This document shows, piece after piece, positions 45,481 through 55,257 of a stretch of DNA of 64,000 nucleotides. The position numbers and the translations under genes are program-made. Position 1 is the first letter of the stretch; each line of letters opens with the position of its first letter. The stretch lies in NCBI GenBank assembly GCA_947581645.1, contig CANPVF010000159.1:2904-66903 (forward strand), read 5' to 3'. The DNA comes from Candidatus Caribbeanibacter nitroreducens (GTDB taxonomy: Bacteria; Gemmatimonadota; Gemmatimonadetes; Palauibacterales; Palauibacteraceae). Under the pieces are notes generated by a model. It worked only from the letters and a program-made list of their open reading frames with translations. It searched no databases and had not been told where the DNA came from.

Positions 45481-47378
45481 TCCTCACCATGTCCCGAGTT
45501 CGGATTCTCGGTCCGCGCCATCGCCTGTCCGAGATGGTGGGGGTCCTCCAGGACGCCGGCACGGTCCACCTGACCCGGCCGTCGGCAGAGGCCCTGCACC
45601 CGGTACCGGAGTCCCTCCATCGGGACGAGGAGTCCCGGCTGCGCGAGGCGCTCGAAAACGTCGAGGCGACGCTGGAGGCCCTTCCGGTGCAGGACGTGCA
45701 GCCGGAGATTCCCGACGCGATCTCCGCCGAGGACCTCCGTCGCTGGGAGCAGCTGGCGGAGCGTCTCCGCCGCCGGGCCGAGGACCTGACCGGACGCGCC
45801 CGGGAGCTGGAGCGGCGCGCGGTCGACCTCGACCGCTTCCTCGACCTCTTCCGGCGATTCGGCGATCTGCTGCCGGAGGAGCCGGGGAACGACGGTGTCC
45901 GCAGCTGGTTCCTGGTGCTCCGCACCGGGGGCTCCGACAGCACGGACCGCCTGCGGGGAGCGCTGGAGGAGAAGCTCGGCGAGGGCTTCGAGCTCACGGT
46001 GGGCGAGGAGCGGGGCGAGGGTCGGGCCGCCGTGCTCCGCGCCTCCGGGGAGGCCGCCCGGGGCATCGACGACGTCCTGTCCGGCGCCGGCGTCGAGGAG
46101 GTGGGGCTCCCGACGCGACTCCCGGGAGGAGCGTCCCTGGCGGGGGCCACCGACGCCATGCGGGAGCGCAGGAGCGAGCTGCGCGACAAGGTGCAGCGCC
46201 TGGAGCGGGAGCGGCAGGGGCTGGCGGCCGAGCACGGCCCCGGCCTCCTGGGCGTCCGGCTGGCCATCCGTGACCGACTGGCCCGGATCGAGGCCCTGCG
46301 CACGGCCGCCCGGACGGATCGGGCCTTCGTACTGGAGGGCTGGGTCCCGGAGGAGGAGCTGGACGGGCTCCGCCAGCGCATTGAGAACGACTTCGGCGAC
46401 GCCGCGGCGCTGGAGAAGATCGCCACGGAGAAGTGGCGGGGCGAGCAGGCCCCCGTCGCCCTCTCCAATCCGCGCATCTTCCGCCCCTTCGAGGCCGTGA
46501 CCCGGATGCTCCCGCTCCCGACCTACGGCAGCATCGACCCGACGCCCTACGTGGCCGTCTTCTTCCCCATGTTCTTCGGCATCATCCTGGGGGACGTGGC
46601 CTACGGGCTGACCCTCGGGGCGCTGGCGGCCTGGCTCCACCACCGATCGGACGCCGACTCCATCCTGCGCTCGGTCTCCGAGGTCGCCGGCGCGTGCGCC
46701 GCCTTCACGGTGGTCTTCGGCTTCGTGTACGGCGAGTTCCTGGGCGACCTGGGACACCGCGTGTTCGGCCTCGAGCCGCTGATCTTCGACCGCGAGGACG
46801 CGCTGATCCCCTTCCTGGGGCTGGCGGTGGCCCTGGGCGTCGTGCACGTGCTCATCGGCTTCATCCTCGGCGCGGTCTCCTCCGTCCGGGACGAGCCCAG
46901 GGAAGCCGTGGGCAGGGGGCTCTACGCCCTCATGGTCGTCCTCGTGGCCGTGGCGCTTCTGGCCGCCGTCCGGATCCTCCCGGGCGCCTTCTTCACCCCC
47001 GCCGTCGTGGCGCTCCTGGTGGCCTTCCCCGTGCTGATCATCGTCGAGGGGGTGCTGGCACCGGTGGAGCTCATCTCCACGCTGGGGAACGTCCTCTCCT
47101 ACGCCCGCATCATGGCCCTGGGCACGGCCTCCGTCGTCATGGCCGTGGTGGCGAACGAGCTGGTGGGAACGGTGGGGAGCGCCCTGGTGGGAGCCCTCTT
47201 CGGCCTCCTCTTCCACCTGGTGAACTTCGCCCTGGGAGTGTTCGGTCCCACCATTCACGGGCTCCGGCTCCACTACGTGGAATTCTTCGACAAGTTCTAC
47301 AGCCCCGGCGGCGAGCAGTACCGCCCCTTCCGGCACGTCCGGTCCGAGGACCGGGCCGCCGCTTCCCTGGACACCTGA
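45477..47378 (+). CDS. atpI: V-type ATP synthase subunit I (a-subunit)
   Basis: 633 aa. N-terminal soluble hairpin plus C-terminal ~8 TM helices with the conserved Arg region (LSYARIMALGTAS). Confidence 0.85.
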   Translation: MILTMSRVRILGPRHRLSEMVGVLQDAGTVHLTRPSAEALHPVPESLHRDEESRLREALENVEATLEALPVQDVQPEIPDAISAEDLRRWEQLAERLRRRAEDLTGRARELERRAVDLDRFLDLFRRFGDLLPEEPGNDGVRSWFLVLRTGGSDSTDRLRGALEEKLGEGFELTVGEERGEGRAAVLRASGEAARGIDDVLSGAGVEEVGLPTRLPGGASLAGATDAMRERRSELRDKVQRLERERQGLAAEHGPGLLGVRLAIRDRLARIEALRTAARTDRAFVLEGWVPEEELDGLRQRIENDFGDAAALEKIATEKWRGEQAPVALSNPRIFRPFEAVTRMLPLPTYGSIDPTPYVAVFFPMFFGIILGDVAYGLTLGALAAWLHHRSDADSILRSVSEVAGACAAFTVVFGFVYGEFLGDLGHRVFGLEPLIFDREDALIPFLGLAVALGVVHVLIGFILGAVSSVRDEPREAVGRGLYALMVVLVAVALLAAVRILPGAFFTPAVVALLVAFPVLIIVEGVLAPVELISTLGNVLSYARIMALGTASVVMAVVANELVGTVGSALVGALFGLLFHLVNFALGVFGPTIHGLRLHYVEFFDKFYSPGGEQYRPFRHVRSEDRAAASLDT

Positions 47379-47402
47379 CGAACACCTGAAAGGACGCCTG
47401 CC

Positions 47403-47630
47403 ATGAACGACGTCTTCTGGCTGACGCTGAGCGCCGCGCTGGCGGTGGGGATTCCCGCCCTGGCCACGGCGTGGGCACAATCGAAGATCGGCTCCTCCGT
47501 GGCCGCCACCCTGGCGGAGAAGCCGGAGCTGAGCACCACCGCGATCCTCATGATCGCGATTCCGGAGACCATGGTCGTCCTGGGGTTCGTGGTGGCGCTC
47601 GTCATCATGCTCCAGGGCGGCGGAGGCTGA
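47403..47630 (+). CDS. atpK: V-type ATP synthase subunit K (proteolipid c, 2-TM)
   Basis: 75 aa. Helix 1 ...ATAWAQSKIG, helix 2 ...IAIPETMVVLGF (ion-binding Glu). Confidence 0.85.
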   Translation: MNDVFWLTLSAALAVGIPALATAWAQSKIGSSVAATLAEKPELSTTAILMIAIPETMVVLGFVVALVIMLQGGGG

Positions 47631-47637
47631 GACCGGC

Positions 47638-48243
47638 GTGGGCATCGACGCACTGCTCCGGGAGCTGCGGGAGCGCTCCCGGGAGGAGGAGGCCGAGATC
47701 CGGCGGGAGGCCGAGGAGCAGGCCGAGCGGATCGTCGAGGAGGCGCGCCGGGAGGCCGAGAAGCGGCGACGGGAGGCGCTGCAGGAGGCCGAGGACGAGC
47801 TCCGGGAGGAGCTGCGCGCCGAGCGGGAGCGGGAGGAGAACGACGTCCGCCGGCAGGTGATGGAGGCCCGGGAGGAGCTGCTCGATCGCGTGCGTGAGAC
47901 GGCCCGGGAGCTGCTGGACGAGGCCGCCGCCTCCGGGGCGTACCGCCGCGAGCTCCCCGCCCGGATCCGGGAGGCGCTCGCCTGTCTGCCGGAGGACCGC
48001 GAGGTCGTGCTCCGCTGCCCGCCGTCGCTGGAAGAGGCGATTCGGGAGGCCCTCTCCGGCACGGACGGCCGGGTCCGCGTCGAGACCGACGACGAGGGGG
48101 CGGGCTTCCGGGCCAGCACGCCCGGCGGGACGATCACCGCCGACGCCTCCCTGGCACGCCGGCTGGAGCGTGACTGGACCGACCTGGCCCCCATGGTACT
48201 GGAGAAACTGGAGGAGCGATGGGCGGAGACTGGGGACCGCTGA
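47638..48243 (+). CDS. atpE: V-type ATP synthase subunit E
   Basis: Highly charged coiled-coil N-terminus plus globular C-terminus; operon position. Confidence 0.7.
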   Translation: MGIDALLRELRERSREEEAEIRREAEEQAERIVEEARREAEKRRREALQEAEDELREELRAEREREENDVRRQVMEAREELLDRVRETARELLDEAAASGAYRRELPARIREALACLPEDREVVLRCPPSLEEAIREALSGTDGRVRVETDDEGAGFRASTPGGTITADASLARRLERDWTDLAPMVLEKLEERWAETGDR

Positions 48244-49235
48244 ACGCCCGCTCCCGCGGGCTCGGGTCGACCCTCCTGCCGCGCTCCTCGATCGGGGACG
48301 CGGCCGGGACCGGCTCACCCGGTGAGCTCGCCGGTCGGCTGTCCCGGGCCGGATATCCTCCGGACCGTGGGGACCTGCCCTCCACGGCACGCGGGCTGGA
48401 CCGGGCCGTCGGACGGGTCCACGGCTGGCGCCTCACGGTTCTCCATCGATGGGCGGGCGACCTCCGTGAGCTGCTTCCCGTGGTGTTCGAGGCGGAGGAC
48501 CGGCGGAGCCTGCGCGCTCTCCTCCGCGGGGTCCGGGAGGGAGCGAGCCCGGAGCGTCGGCTGCGGGGCCTCGTCCCCACCCCGACCCTGCCCCGAACGG
48601 CCCTGGAGCGTATGGCGGAGACGAGCAGCATCGAGGATCTCTCCCAGCTGCTGCGGGACGAGGCACATCCCCTGGCCGGTGCGCTGAGGGACACGGCGAG
48701 TCCGCCCCTCTCCCCGGCGGACCTCTACGACGCGGAGCTGGCGCTGGACCGGGCCTTCGCGCAGAGGGCGACCGGAGCCGCCTCTGGGGACCGGGAGCTC
48801 CAGCGGTTCGCGGCCCGGATCGTGGACCGGACCAACGCATGGACGCTCCTCCTGGCCGACGCCGCCGAGGGAGAGCCGGGCCCCGGGGACCTCCGCCTCC
48901 CGGGCGGCGAGGCGTTCCCGGAGGAGCAGTTCACCAGCATCTACGGGGTCGAGGACGGGGAGGAGCGGCGGCGGCTCGTGGCGGAGCAGCTGGACGGCCG
49001 CGGCGGCGAACTGCTCTCCGATCCGACGGTCCCCCCCTCGCGGCTGGGCGACCACCTCCTGGAGAGCGACATTCGCTGGACCCGCGAACGGGCCCTCCGG
49101 TCTCCCCTGGGCCCGTGGCCGTTCCTCCACCTGGTCCTCCGGTCCCGCGCCGAGAGCCGGGACCTCAGGAGCCTGGTGTGGTCGGCGGCCATGGGTGCGC
49201 CGGCTTCCGCCTTCCGACCGGTGACCCCGTCGTGA
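48219..49235 (+). CDS. atpC: V-type ATP synthase subunit C (central stalk d/C)
   Basis: 338 aa all-helical protein at operon position 5. Confidence 0.65.
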   Translation: MGGDWGPLNARSRGLGSTLLPRSSIGDAAGTGSPGELAGRLSRAGYPPDRGDLPSTARGLDRAVGRVHGWRLTVLHRWAGDLRELLPVVFEAEDRRSLRALLRGVREGASPERRLRGLVPTPTLPRTALERMAETSSIEDLSQLLRDEAHPLAGALRDTASPPLSPADLYDAELALDRAFAQRATGAASGDRELQRFAARIVDRTNAWTLLLADAAEGEPGPGDLRLPGGEAFPEEQFTSIYGVEDGEERRRLVAEQLDGRGGELLSDPTVPPSRLGDHLLESDIRWTRERALRSPLGPWPFLHLVLRSRAESRDLRSLVWSAAMGAPASAFRPVTPS

Positions 49236-49573
49236 ACGGCGCCGTCGACGAGGGATCGGTCCGGGTCGTGGCCCGGCCCGAGACGTCCCGGGGCTTCCGG
49301 CTGGCCGGCCTGCCCGTCCGGCCCGCCACCGACGGCCCCGGTGCCGAAGAGGTGACCCGACGTCTCGCCAGTCAGGACGACGTGGCCGTGATCTTCGTCC
49401 AGCGCGAGCTGTTCGACGGCCTCGGCGAGGGGCTCCGCCGCTCCCTGGAGGCCACCTCCGTCCCGGTGGTGGTCCCCTTCCCCGATCCCTCGTGGGAGGA
49501 GGCCGGACCGTCGGAGGAGTGGGTCGTGGAGCTGCTGAGGCGCGCCGTGGGGTACCGGGTGCAGCTGCGATGA
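49232..49573 (+). CDS. atpF: V-type ATP synthase subunit F
   Basis: ~113 aa. GTG start overlapping the previous stop. VAVIFVQRELFDGL resembles subunit F. Stop overlaps the subunit A start. Confidence 0.65.
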   Translation: MNGAVDEGSVRVVARPETSRGFRLAGLPVRPATDGPGAEEVTRRLASQDDVAVIFVQRELFDGLGEGLRRSLEATSVPVVVPFPDPSWEEAGPSEEWVVELLRRAVGYRVQLR

Positions 49574-51432
49574 GCGGCGCCGACGGCGGCGGGAGAGACG
49601 GGGCCGCGGAGGCCCGGGTGACGCGGGTGGCCGGCGCCCTGGTGGAGGCGGCTCCGCTGCCCGCCGCGGCGCTCTACGAGCAGGTGCTCGTCGGCGAGTC
49701 GGGCCTGGCCGGCGAAGTGATCCGAACCCGGGGCGAGATCGCCGTCGTCCAGCTGTTCGAGGACAGCGACGGGCTGGAGCTGGGCGAGCCGGTGGAGCGC
49801 ACCGGGTCCACGCTCACCGCGGAGCTCGGCCCCGGGCTCCTGGGCTCGGTGCTGGACGGCGTCGGGCGGCCGCTCGAGCTGATCGCCGACGAGACCGGGC
49901 CGTTCATCGAACCGGGGAGTAGCGCCCGGACCCTGGACCGGGAGCGGACCTGGGCCTTCACGCCGGAGCGATCCGCCGGCGAGGAGGTGGCGCCGGGCGA
50001 CGTCCTGGGACACGTCCGGGAGACCCCGGAGATCGCCCACCAGGTGCTGGTGCCACGCGATGGAGGCGGAATCCTGGCCGGGATCGACGGCGGGGAGTAC
50101 GCGGTGGACGAGCCCATCGGCCGGATGGAGGACGGCCGCGAGCTCACCCTCCTCCGCCGGTGGCCGGTGCGCCGACCGCGTCCCGCCGGGGAGCGCCTCC
50201 CGGCCGACCGCCCCTTCGTCACCGGCCAGCGCGTCTTCGACCTCCTCTTTCCCGTGGCCGAAGGGGGGAGCGTCTCGGTGCCGGGCGGCTTCGGCACCGG
50301 GAAGACCGTGGTGGAGCAGACCCTGGCCCGGTACGGCGACGCCGACGTCATCGTCTACGTGGGCTGCGGCGAGCGGGGCAACGAGATGGCGGAGCTGCTG
50401 TCGGAGTTTCCCGAGCTGGAGGACCCGAGGACGGGCCGCCCCCTCATGGAGCGGACGGTCCTGGTGGTGAACACCTCGAACATGCCCGTCGTGGCCCGTG
50501 AGGCGTCGGTCTACCTGGGGATCACCATCGCCGAGTACTACCGGGACATGGGCCTCCGGGTGGCGCTGCTGGCCGACTCGATCTCGCGGTGGGCCGAGGC
50601 GCTGCGGGAGATCAGCTCGCGACTCCAGGAGATGCCGGGGGAGGAGGGCTACCCCACCTACCTGGCCGACCGGCTCGGCAAGATTTACGAGCGGTCGGGC
50701 CGCGTCCGGGTGCCGGGCTCGCCCGAGCGGGCCGGTGCCCTCACCCTGATCACCGCCGTCTCGCCTCCCGGGGGCGACTTCTCGGAGCCGGTGACCCAGG
50801 CCTCCCTGCGGGTGGCCGGCGGCGTGTGGGCGCTGGACAGCGAGCTGGCCAACCAGCGGCACTATCCCGCCGTGGACTGGGAGACCAGCTACAGCCTGTA
50901 CGAGGAGCAGACCGGGGAGTGGTTCGCCGGGGAGGTGGCCCCGGACTGGCCCGAGGTGCGCCGCGACGCGCTGGAGCTCCTGGACCGGGAGCGGGACCTG
51001 CGGGAGATCGTGAACCTGGTGGGACCCGAGTCCCTGGAGGACGACGACCGCCTCCTCCTGGAGGCCGCGCGCATGCTGAGGGAGCTGGTCCTGGCCCAGA
51101 ACGCCTTCGACCCCGTGGACGCCTACTCCCCGCCGGAGAAGACCCATCTCCTGACCTCCCTGATCCTGGACTACCGCCGGGCGGCCGCCGACGTCCTGGA
51201 GGAGGGCGTGGAGTTCGTCCGCCTGAAGACGGGGCCGGTGAGGGAAGCCGTGCGGCGCGTGCGCCAGGCGCCGGAGGACGAGCTCGATGAGCGCGCCCGT
51301 CGCGCGCAGGAGCTGGTGGCAGAGGTTCCCCGCGGGGAGCCCGCCGGCGGTACCGGGAAGCCAACGGACGAGGCGCCGGAACGCGGGGACGACGGGGAGC
51401 CGGAGCCGCCGGAGGAGGAGGGCGGACCGTGA
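49570..51432 (+). CDS. atpA: V-type ATP synthase catalytic subunit A
   Basis: Walker A GGFGTGKTVV, Walker B region, non-homologous insert typical of A subunits; 620 aa. Confidence 0.9.
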   Translation: MSGADGGGRDGAAEARVTRVAGALVEAAPLPAAALYEQVLVGESGLAGEVIRTRGEIAVVQLFEDSDGLELGEPVERTGSTLTAELGPGLLGSVLDGVGRPLELIADETGPFIEPGSSARTLDRERTWAFTPERSAGEEVAPGDVLGHVRETPEIAHQVLVPRDGGGILAGIDGGEYAVDEPIGRMEDGRELTLLRRWPVRRPRPAGERLPADRPFVTGQRVFDLLFPVAEGGSVSVPGGFGTGKTVVEQTLARYGDADVIVYVGCGERGNEMAELLSEFPELEDPRTGRPLMERTVLVVNTSNMPVVAREASVYLGITIAEYYRDMGLRVALLADSISRWAEALREISSRLQEMPGEEGYPTYLADRLGKIYERSGRVRVPGSPERAGALTLITAVSPPGGDFSEPVTQASLRVAGGVWALDSELANQRHYPAVDWETSYSLYEEQTGEWFAGEVAPDWPEVRRDALELLDRERDLREIVNLVGPESLEDDDRLLLEAARMLRELVLAQNAFDPVDAYSPPEKTHLLTSLILDYRRAAADVLEEGVEFVRLKTGPVREAVRRVRQAPEDELDERARRAQELVAEVPRGEPAGGTGKPTDEAPERGDDGEPEPPEEEGGP

Positions 51433-52844
51433 CGATTCCCCGAGTTCACCACGGTGTCGCCGCGGCACGGGGCCCCCTGCTCTTCCTGGACGGCACCCGC
51501 CGGGCCGTCATGGGCGAGTGGGCGGAGATCGAGACCGAGGAAGGGCGGTCCCTCCGCGGGCAGGTCATCGAGGCCGGCCGTGAGGTGACGGTGGTCCAGG
51601 TGCTGGAGGAGACCCTGGGCCTCGCCCCCGGAGACGTCGAGGTGACGCTCACCGGCAGGCTGGCCACGGCGGCCGTCGGCCGCGAGATGCTGGGGCGGGT
51701 CTTCTCGGGCAACGGTGTCCCCCTGGACGACCTGCCGGAGCCGGCGGGCGCCGAGTCCCGACCTCTGTCCGGCCGCCCCATGAACCCGGTGCGCCGCGAC
51801 CGCCCCTCCGACTTCATCGAGACCGGGATCTCGGTCATCGACGGCATGAATACCCTGGTGCGGGGCCAGAAGCTGCCGGTGTTCTCCGGCCCCGGCCTGC
51901 CGGGTCTCGAGCTGGCCGCGCGGGTCGTGGAGGGGGCACGGATCCCCGGCGACCGTCCCTTCGCCGTGATCTTCGTGGCGCTGGGCATCACGGAGCGGGA
52001 GACGCGTCGGTTCCTGGATCGGTTCCGGGGGAGCGACGTCATGACCCGGACGACCCTCTTCCTGAACCGGGCGGCCGACCCCACCATCGAGCGGCTCCTG
52101 GCGCCGCGGCACGCCCTGTCGCTGGCCGAGCACCTGGCTTTCGACGAGGGCATGGAAGTGCTCGTCGTGAGCGCCGACATCACCCACTACTGCGAGGCCC
52201 TGCGAGAGATCAGCGCCGCGCGGGAGGAGATGCCCGGCCGGCGGGGCTTCCCCGGACACATGTACACCGACCTGGCCAGCCTCTTCGAGCGGGCCGGCGT
52301 GGTCGAGGGACGGGACGGCTCCCTCACCCAGATGCCGGTGCTCACCATGCCCAACGACGACATCACCCACCCGGTTCCGGACCTCACCGGCTACATCACC
52401 GAGGGACAGATCGTCCTGGGGCGGGAGCTCCACCGCCGGGGACTCTTCCCGCCGGTGGACGTCCTTCCGTCCCTGTCGCGACTGATGAACGCCGGCGTGG
52501 GCGAGGAGAAGACCGTGGCGGACCACCGGGCGTGGGCCGACCAGCTCTACGCCGTCTACTCCCGGGGACGCGACGCCCGAGAGACCGCCGCCATCGTCGG
52601 CGAGGGGGGACTCCCCGACGAGGACCGGCGGGCCCTGGAGTTCGCCGACCGGTTCGAGGAGGCGTTCGTCCACCAGGGCGAGGAGCGGCGCACGGTGGAA
52701 GAGAGCGTGGAGATCGGCTGGGGGCTGCTGCGGGACCTGCCCCGGGACGACCTGGGACGGATCGACGACGAGGTGTGGAGCCGGCACGGTGAGGGGCGGG
52801 ATCGGAGCGGGGCCGGGCGGACGGAGCGGGAGGACGAGCCGTGA
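51429..52844 (+). CDS. atpB: V-type ATP synthase subunit B
   Basis: Non-catalytic B-type nucleotide-binding fold; 471 aa; 4-bp overlaps on both sides. Confidence 0.9.
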   Translation: MTIPRVHHGVAAARGPLLFLDGTRRAVMGEWAEIETEEGRSLRGQVIEAGREVTVVQVLEETLGLAPGDVEVTLTGRLATAAVGREMLGRVFSGNGVPLDDLPEPAGAESRPLSGRPMNPVRRDRPSDFIETGISVIDGMNTLVRGQKLPVFSGPGLPGLELAARVVEGARIPGDRPFAVIFVALGITERETRRFLDRFRGSDVMTRTTLFLNRAADPTIERLLAPRHALSLAEHLAFDEGMEVLVVSADITHYCEALREISAAREEMPGRRGFPGHMYTDLASLFERAGVVEGRDGSLTQMPVLTMPNDDITHPVPDLTGYITEGQIVLGRELHRRGLFPPVDVLPSLSRLMNAGVGEEKTVADHRAWADQLYAVYSRGRDARETAAIVGEGGLPDEDRRALEFADRFEEAFVHQGEERRTVEESVEIGWGLLRDLPRDDLGRIDDEVWSRHGEGRDRSGAGRTEREDEP

Positions 52845-53533
52845 ACGGCGGGAGCCGCCGTCCCCCGACCCGGTTCAACCTGGTGCGCGCCCGCCGGCGG
52901 CTGGAACGGATCCGCCGGGGCCGCGACCTCCTGAAGCGGAAGCGGCGCGCCCTGGTGAGCGAGCTCTTCCGCATCGCCCGCCCTGCGGTCGACGCCCGGG
53001 CCCGGGTCTCGGAGCAGGCCGCCCGGGCCTATCCGGCGCTCCTGGATGCGCACTCCGCGCGTCCCGACGCGGATCTGGAGGCGCTGGGCTGGCCCACGCG
53101 CGACCTCCGGGTCCGCCTGCGGCCCGTGGAAGTGTGGGGCATCTCCGCGGCCGAGATCGCCGACCGCGACGAGCCCGGGCGCACCCTGGAGGCGCGGGGC
53201 ACCCCCGCCTCGTCCGCGGGACCCGCCGCGGTGCGGGCCGCCGCCGAGTTCGAGGCTCTGACGGGCCTGCTCCTGGACGCCGCGTCCCGCGAGATGCTGC
53301 TGCGCAGCCTGGCCCGGGCCCTGCGGCGGACCACGCGTCAGCTCAACACGCTGGAGCAGCGACTCATCCCGGAGCTTGAGACCGAGATCGACGAGATCGA
53401 GAGGATCCTGGACGAGCGGGAGCGCGAGGAGCACGTCCGCGTGCGCCGGCTCCTCCGGCGCCGGGGCCGCGGCCCGCTCTCGGGATCGGCCCCCGACGCG
53501 GGCAGGACCTCGTCCCTGGGCGCCGGCGTCTGA
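52841..53533 (+). CDS. atpD: V-type ATP synthase subunit D
   Basis: Basic coiled-coil protein (RFNLVRARRRLERIRRGRDLLKRKRRAL) at the terminal operon position. Confidence 0.8.
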   Translation: MNGGSRRPPTRFNLVRARRRLERIRRGRDLLKRKRRALVSELFRIARPAVDARARVSEQAARAYPALLDAHSARPDADLEALGWPTRDLRVRLRPVEVWGISAAEIADRDEPGRTLEARGTPASSAGPAAVRAAAEFEALTGLLLDAASREMLLRSLARALRRTTRQLNTLEQRLIPELETEIDEIERILDEREREEHVRVRRLLRRRGRGPLSGSAPDAGRTSSLGAGV

Positions 53534-53586
53534 TCGGCGGTGGGCCGGGCGAACGCCCTGCCCTCTGACGCTCCTCTCCCGCCGCG

Positions 53587-54240
53587 TCAGAACCCCAGCT
53601 TCAGCCCCAGCGTGACCGGGACCGTCGTGCCCTGGTCGAACCCGCCGATACCGTCCCGGATCTCGCCGAAGATGTCGGTGTCGTCCTCGTCGGTGAACAT
53701 CATCGTCCAGGAGCCCCGGAGGAAGAGGTCTCCGGAGAGATCCATGGAGCTGAAGACCGGATAGGCGACTTCCAGGCCTCCGGCGACCGTGGGATAGGTC
53801 TCGGCGAAGTCACCGACGGGATCCCCCGTACCCGGATCGAAGACCACCTGCGGGAAGACCTCTGTGTTGTAGGAGGTCAGCCCGCCCAGGGCGTGGGCCG
53901 AGATGTCCACCGGGCTTCCGGCACCCAGGATCCGGACGTTGGCCCCGACCAGCGCTCTCCACAGCTCCGTGTCCGGCGTGGGCTGGTCGCCCTCGAGCCC
54001 GTACAGGAGCCCCAGCTCGCCGTCGATCCGGAGGTCGACCCGCGGGTGCACCCGATAGCGGGCGGACACGCCGGCCGTCGGTCCCAGGTCCGCCACGTCC
54101 GCCATGTCGGAGACCGGAATCTCCACGCCGCCCCGCGCGTCCACGCTGAACGTGCTCGCGTCCTGCGCGGTGAGCGCGGCGGGTGCCGCGACCAGCAGGA
54201 CGGCAGTGAGTCCCGCGGCGATGCTCGTCCTCTTCCCCAT
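53587..54240 (-). CDS. small outer-membrane beta-barrel protein (OmpW/OmpA-beta-barrel-like)
   Basis: Signal peptide AAGLTAVLLVAAPAALTAQD; 8-10 amphipathic strands; C-terminal ...LGLKLGF aromatic. Confidence 0.6.
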   Translation of the reverse strand: MGKRTSIAAGLTAVLLVAAPAALTAQDASTFSVDARGGVEIPVSDMADVADLGPTAGVSARYRVHPRVDLRIDGELGLLYGLEGDQPTPDTELWRALVGANVRILGAGSPVDISAHALGGLTSYNTEVFPQVVFDPGTGDPVGDFAETYPTVAGGLEVAYPVFSSMDLSGDLFLRGSWTMMFTDEDDTDIFGEIRDGIGGFDQGTTVPVTLGLKLGF

Positions 54241-54339
54241 GGCACGACCCTCCGTTGAGTTCCCGACGTTCTTCGTCTCGACCGCTGCGGCACGTCCACC
54301 CGGCCGCAGATGCTCCCTCGTACCGCAGTCTGTCTCTTC

Positions 54340-54364
54340 TTCAACGCGTTGAAAAGGCGTTTTC
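54340..54364. promoter_or_regulatory. perfect 14-bp palindrome TTCAACGCGTTGAA overlapping GAAAAGGCGTTTTC in a divergent promoter region
   Basis: Located between the minus-strand OM-protein gene (start 54240) and the plus-strand lipoprotein gene (start 54503). Downstream TATATT (-10-like) and GAGGAGG RBS 8 nt before the ATG. Confidence 0.3.
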
Positions 54365-54502
54365 CCGGGTTCCGGGGCCGACGCGGGTCATTCCCGACGC
54401 TCCGTCGGGGGAATGTCCCCACATCACCGGCCCGTCAGGAGCAGTCGGGACACGGCAGACGTGCTATATTGGGATACATACGTTTCCATAGAGGAGGCCC
54501 CC

Positions 54503-54937
54503 ATGAACAACCGTGCTGCAGACAGCGGCACACGGACCCTGCTCGTCGCCGCGACGCTTCTGGCCCTGGCGGTGGCCACGGCGTCGTGCGCCACGCGCAG
54601 CCGCGACACCTCGGACGGCCCGGCCGACCGCGGCCCCACCGTCGTCCAGGTCGACAACGGCAACTTCTCCGACGTCGTGGTCTATGCCCTGAGCACGGGA
54701 CAGTACTATCGGCTCGGCGAGGTCACCGGCCACGACCGGGCGACCCTGAGTCTGCCTCGCCAGCTGGACACGGTGAGCGATCTCCGTCTGGTGGCCGATC
54801 CCATCGGATCGAGGAGCTCGTACTTCTCGGACCCGATCCTGTTCGAGCCCGGGGACGTCCTGGTTCTCAACGTCGGGCCGACGATGAACCTCTCCAACGT
54901 CGCGGTGCGAGCCGGGAGGGCCGGCACCGAACGCTGA
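54503..54937 (+). CDS. hypothetical lipoprotein
   Basis: Lipobox AVATASC; strong RBS GAGGAGG; no known domain. Confidence 0.55.
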   Translation: MNNRAADSGTRTLLVAATLLALAVATASCATRSRDTSDGPADRGPTVVQVDNGNFSDVVVYALSTGQYYRLGEVTGHDRATLSLPRQLDTVSDLRLVADPIGSRSSYFSDPILFEPGDVLVLNVGPTMNLSNVAVRAGRAGTER

Positions 54938-54942
54938 CCGGG

Positions 54943-55257
54943 TCAGGTCCGGGTGGCGTCCAGGCTGACCACCTCTTCGTCACCGAGCACGCGCGCCGTG
55001 TGCGTGGTGCCGGCGGGGATCGAGGCCCAGTCGCCGGGCTCGAGGACGACCTCCTCGCCCCCGGCCGTCATCCGGAAGCGGCCCGAGACCACGGCGTCGA
55101 TCTTGTCGCGGCGGTGGGTGTGCTCGTCGAAGTAGGTGCCCGGGCGGTACACGTGCCGGGAGACCATGTACCCCTTCGCCTCGAGCTCCGCGCGTAGCGT
55201 CTCCGCGTCGGGGGACTCGTCCTCGTCGTGCCGGTCGCTCCAGCGGCTGACGTCCAT
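54943..55257 (-). CDS. cupin domain protein
   Basis: Cupin motifs (HTHRRDKIDAVVSG...PAGTTHTA). Start at MDVSRWSD. Confidence 0.7.
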   Translation of the reverse strand: MDVSRWSDRHDEDESPDAETLRAELEAKGYMVSRHVYRPGTYFDEHTHRRDKIDAVVSGRFRMTAGGEEVVLEPGDWASIPAGTTHTARVLGDEEVVSLDATRT

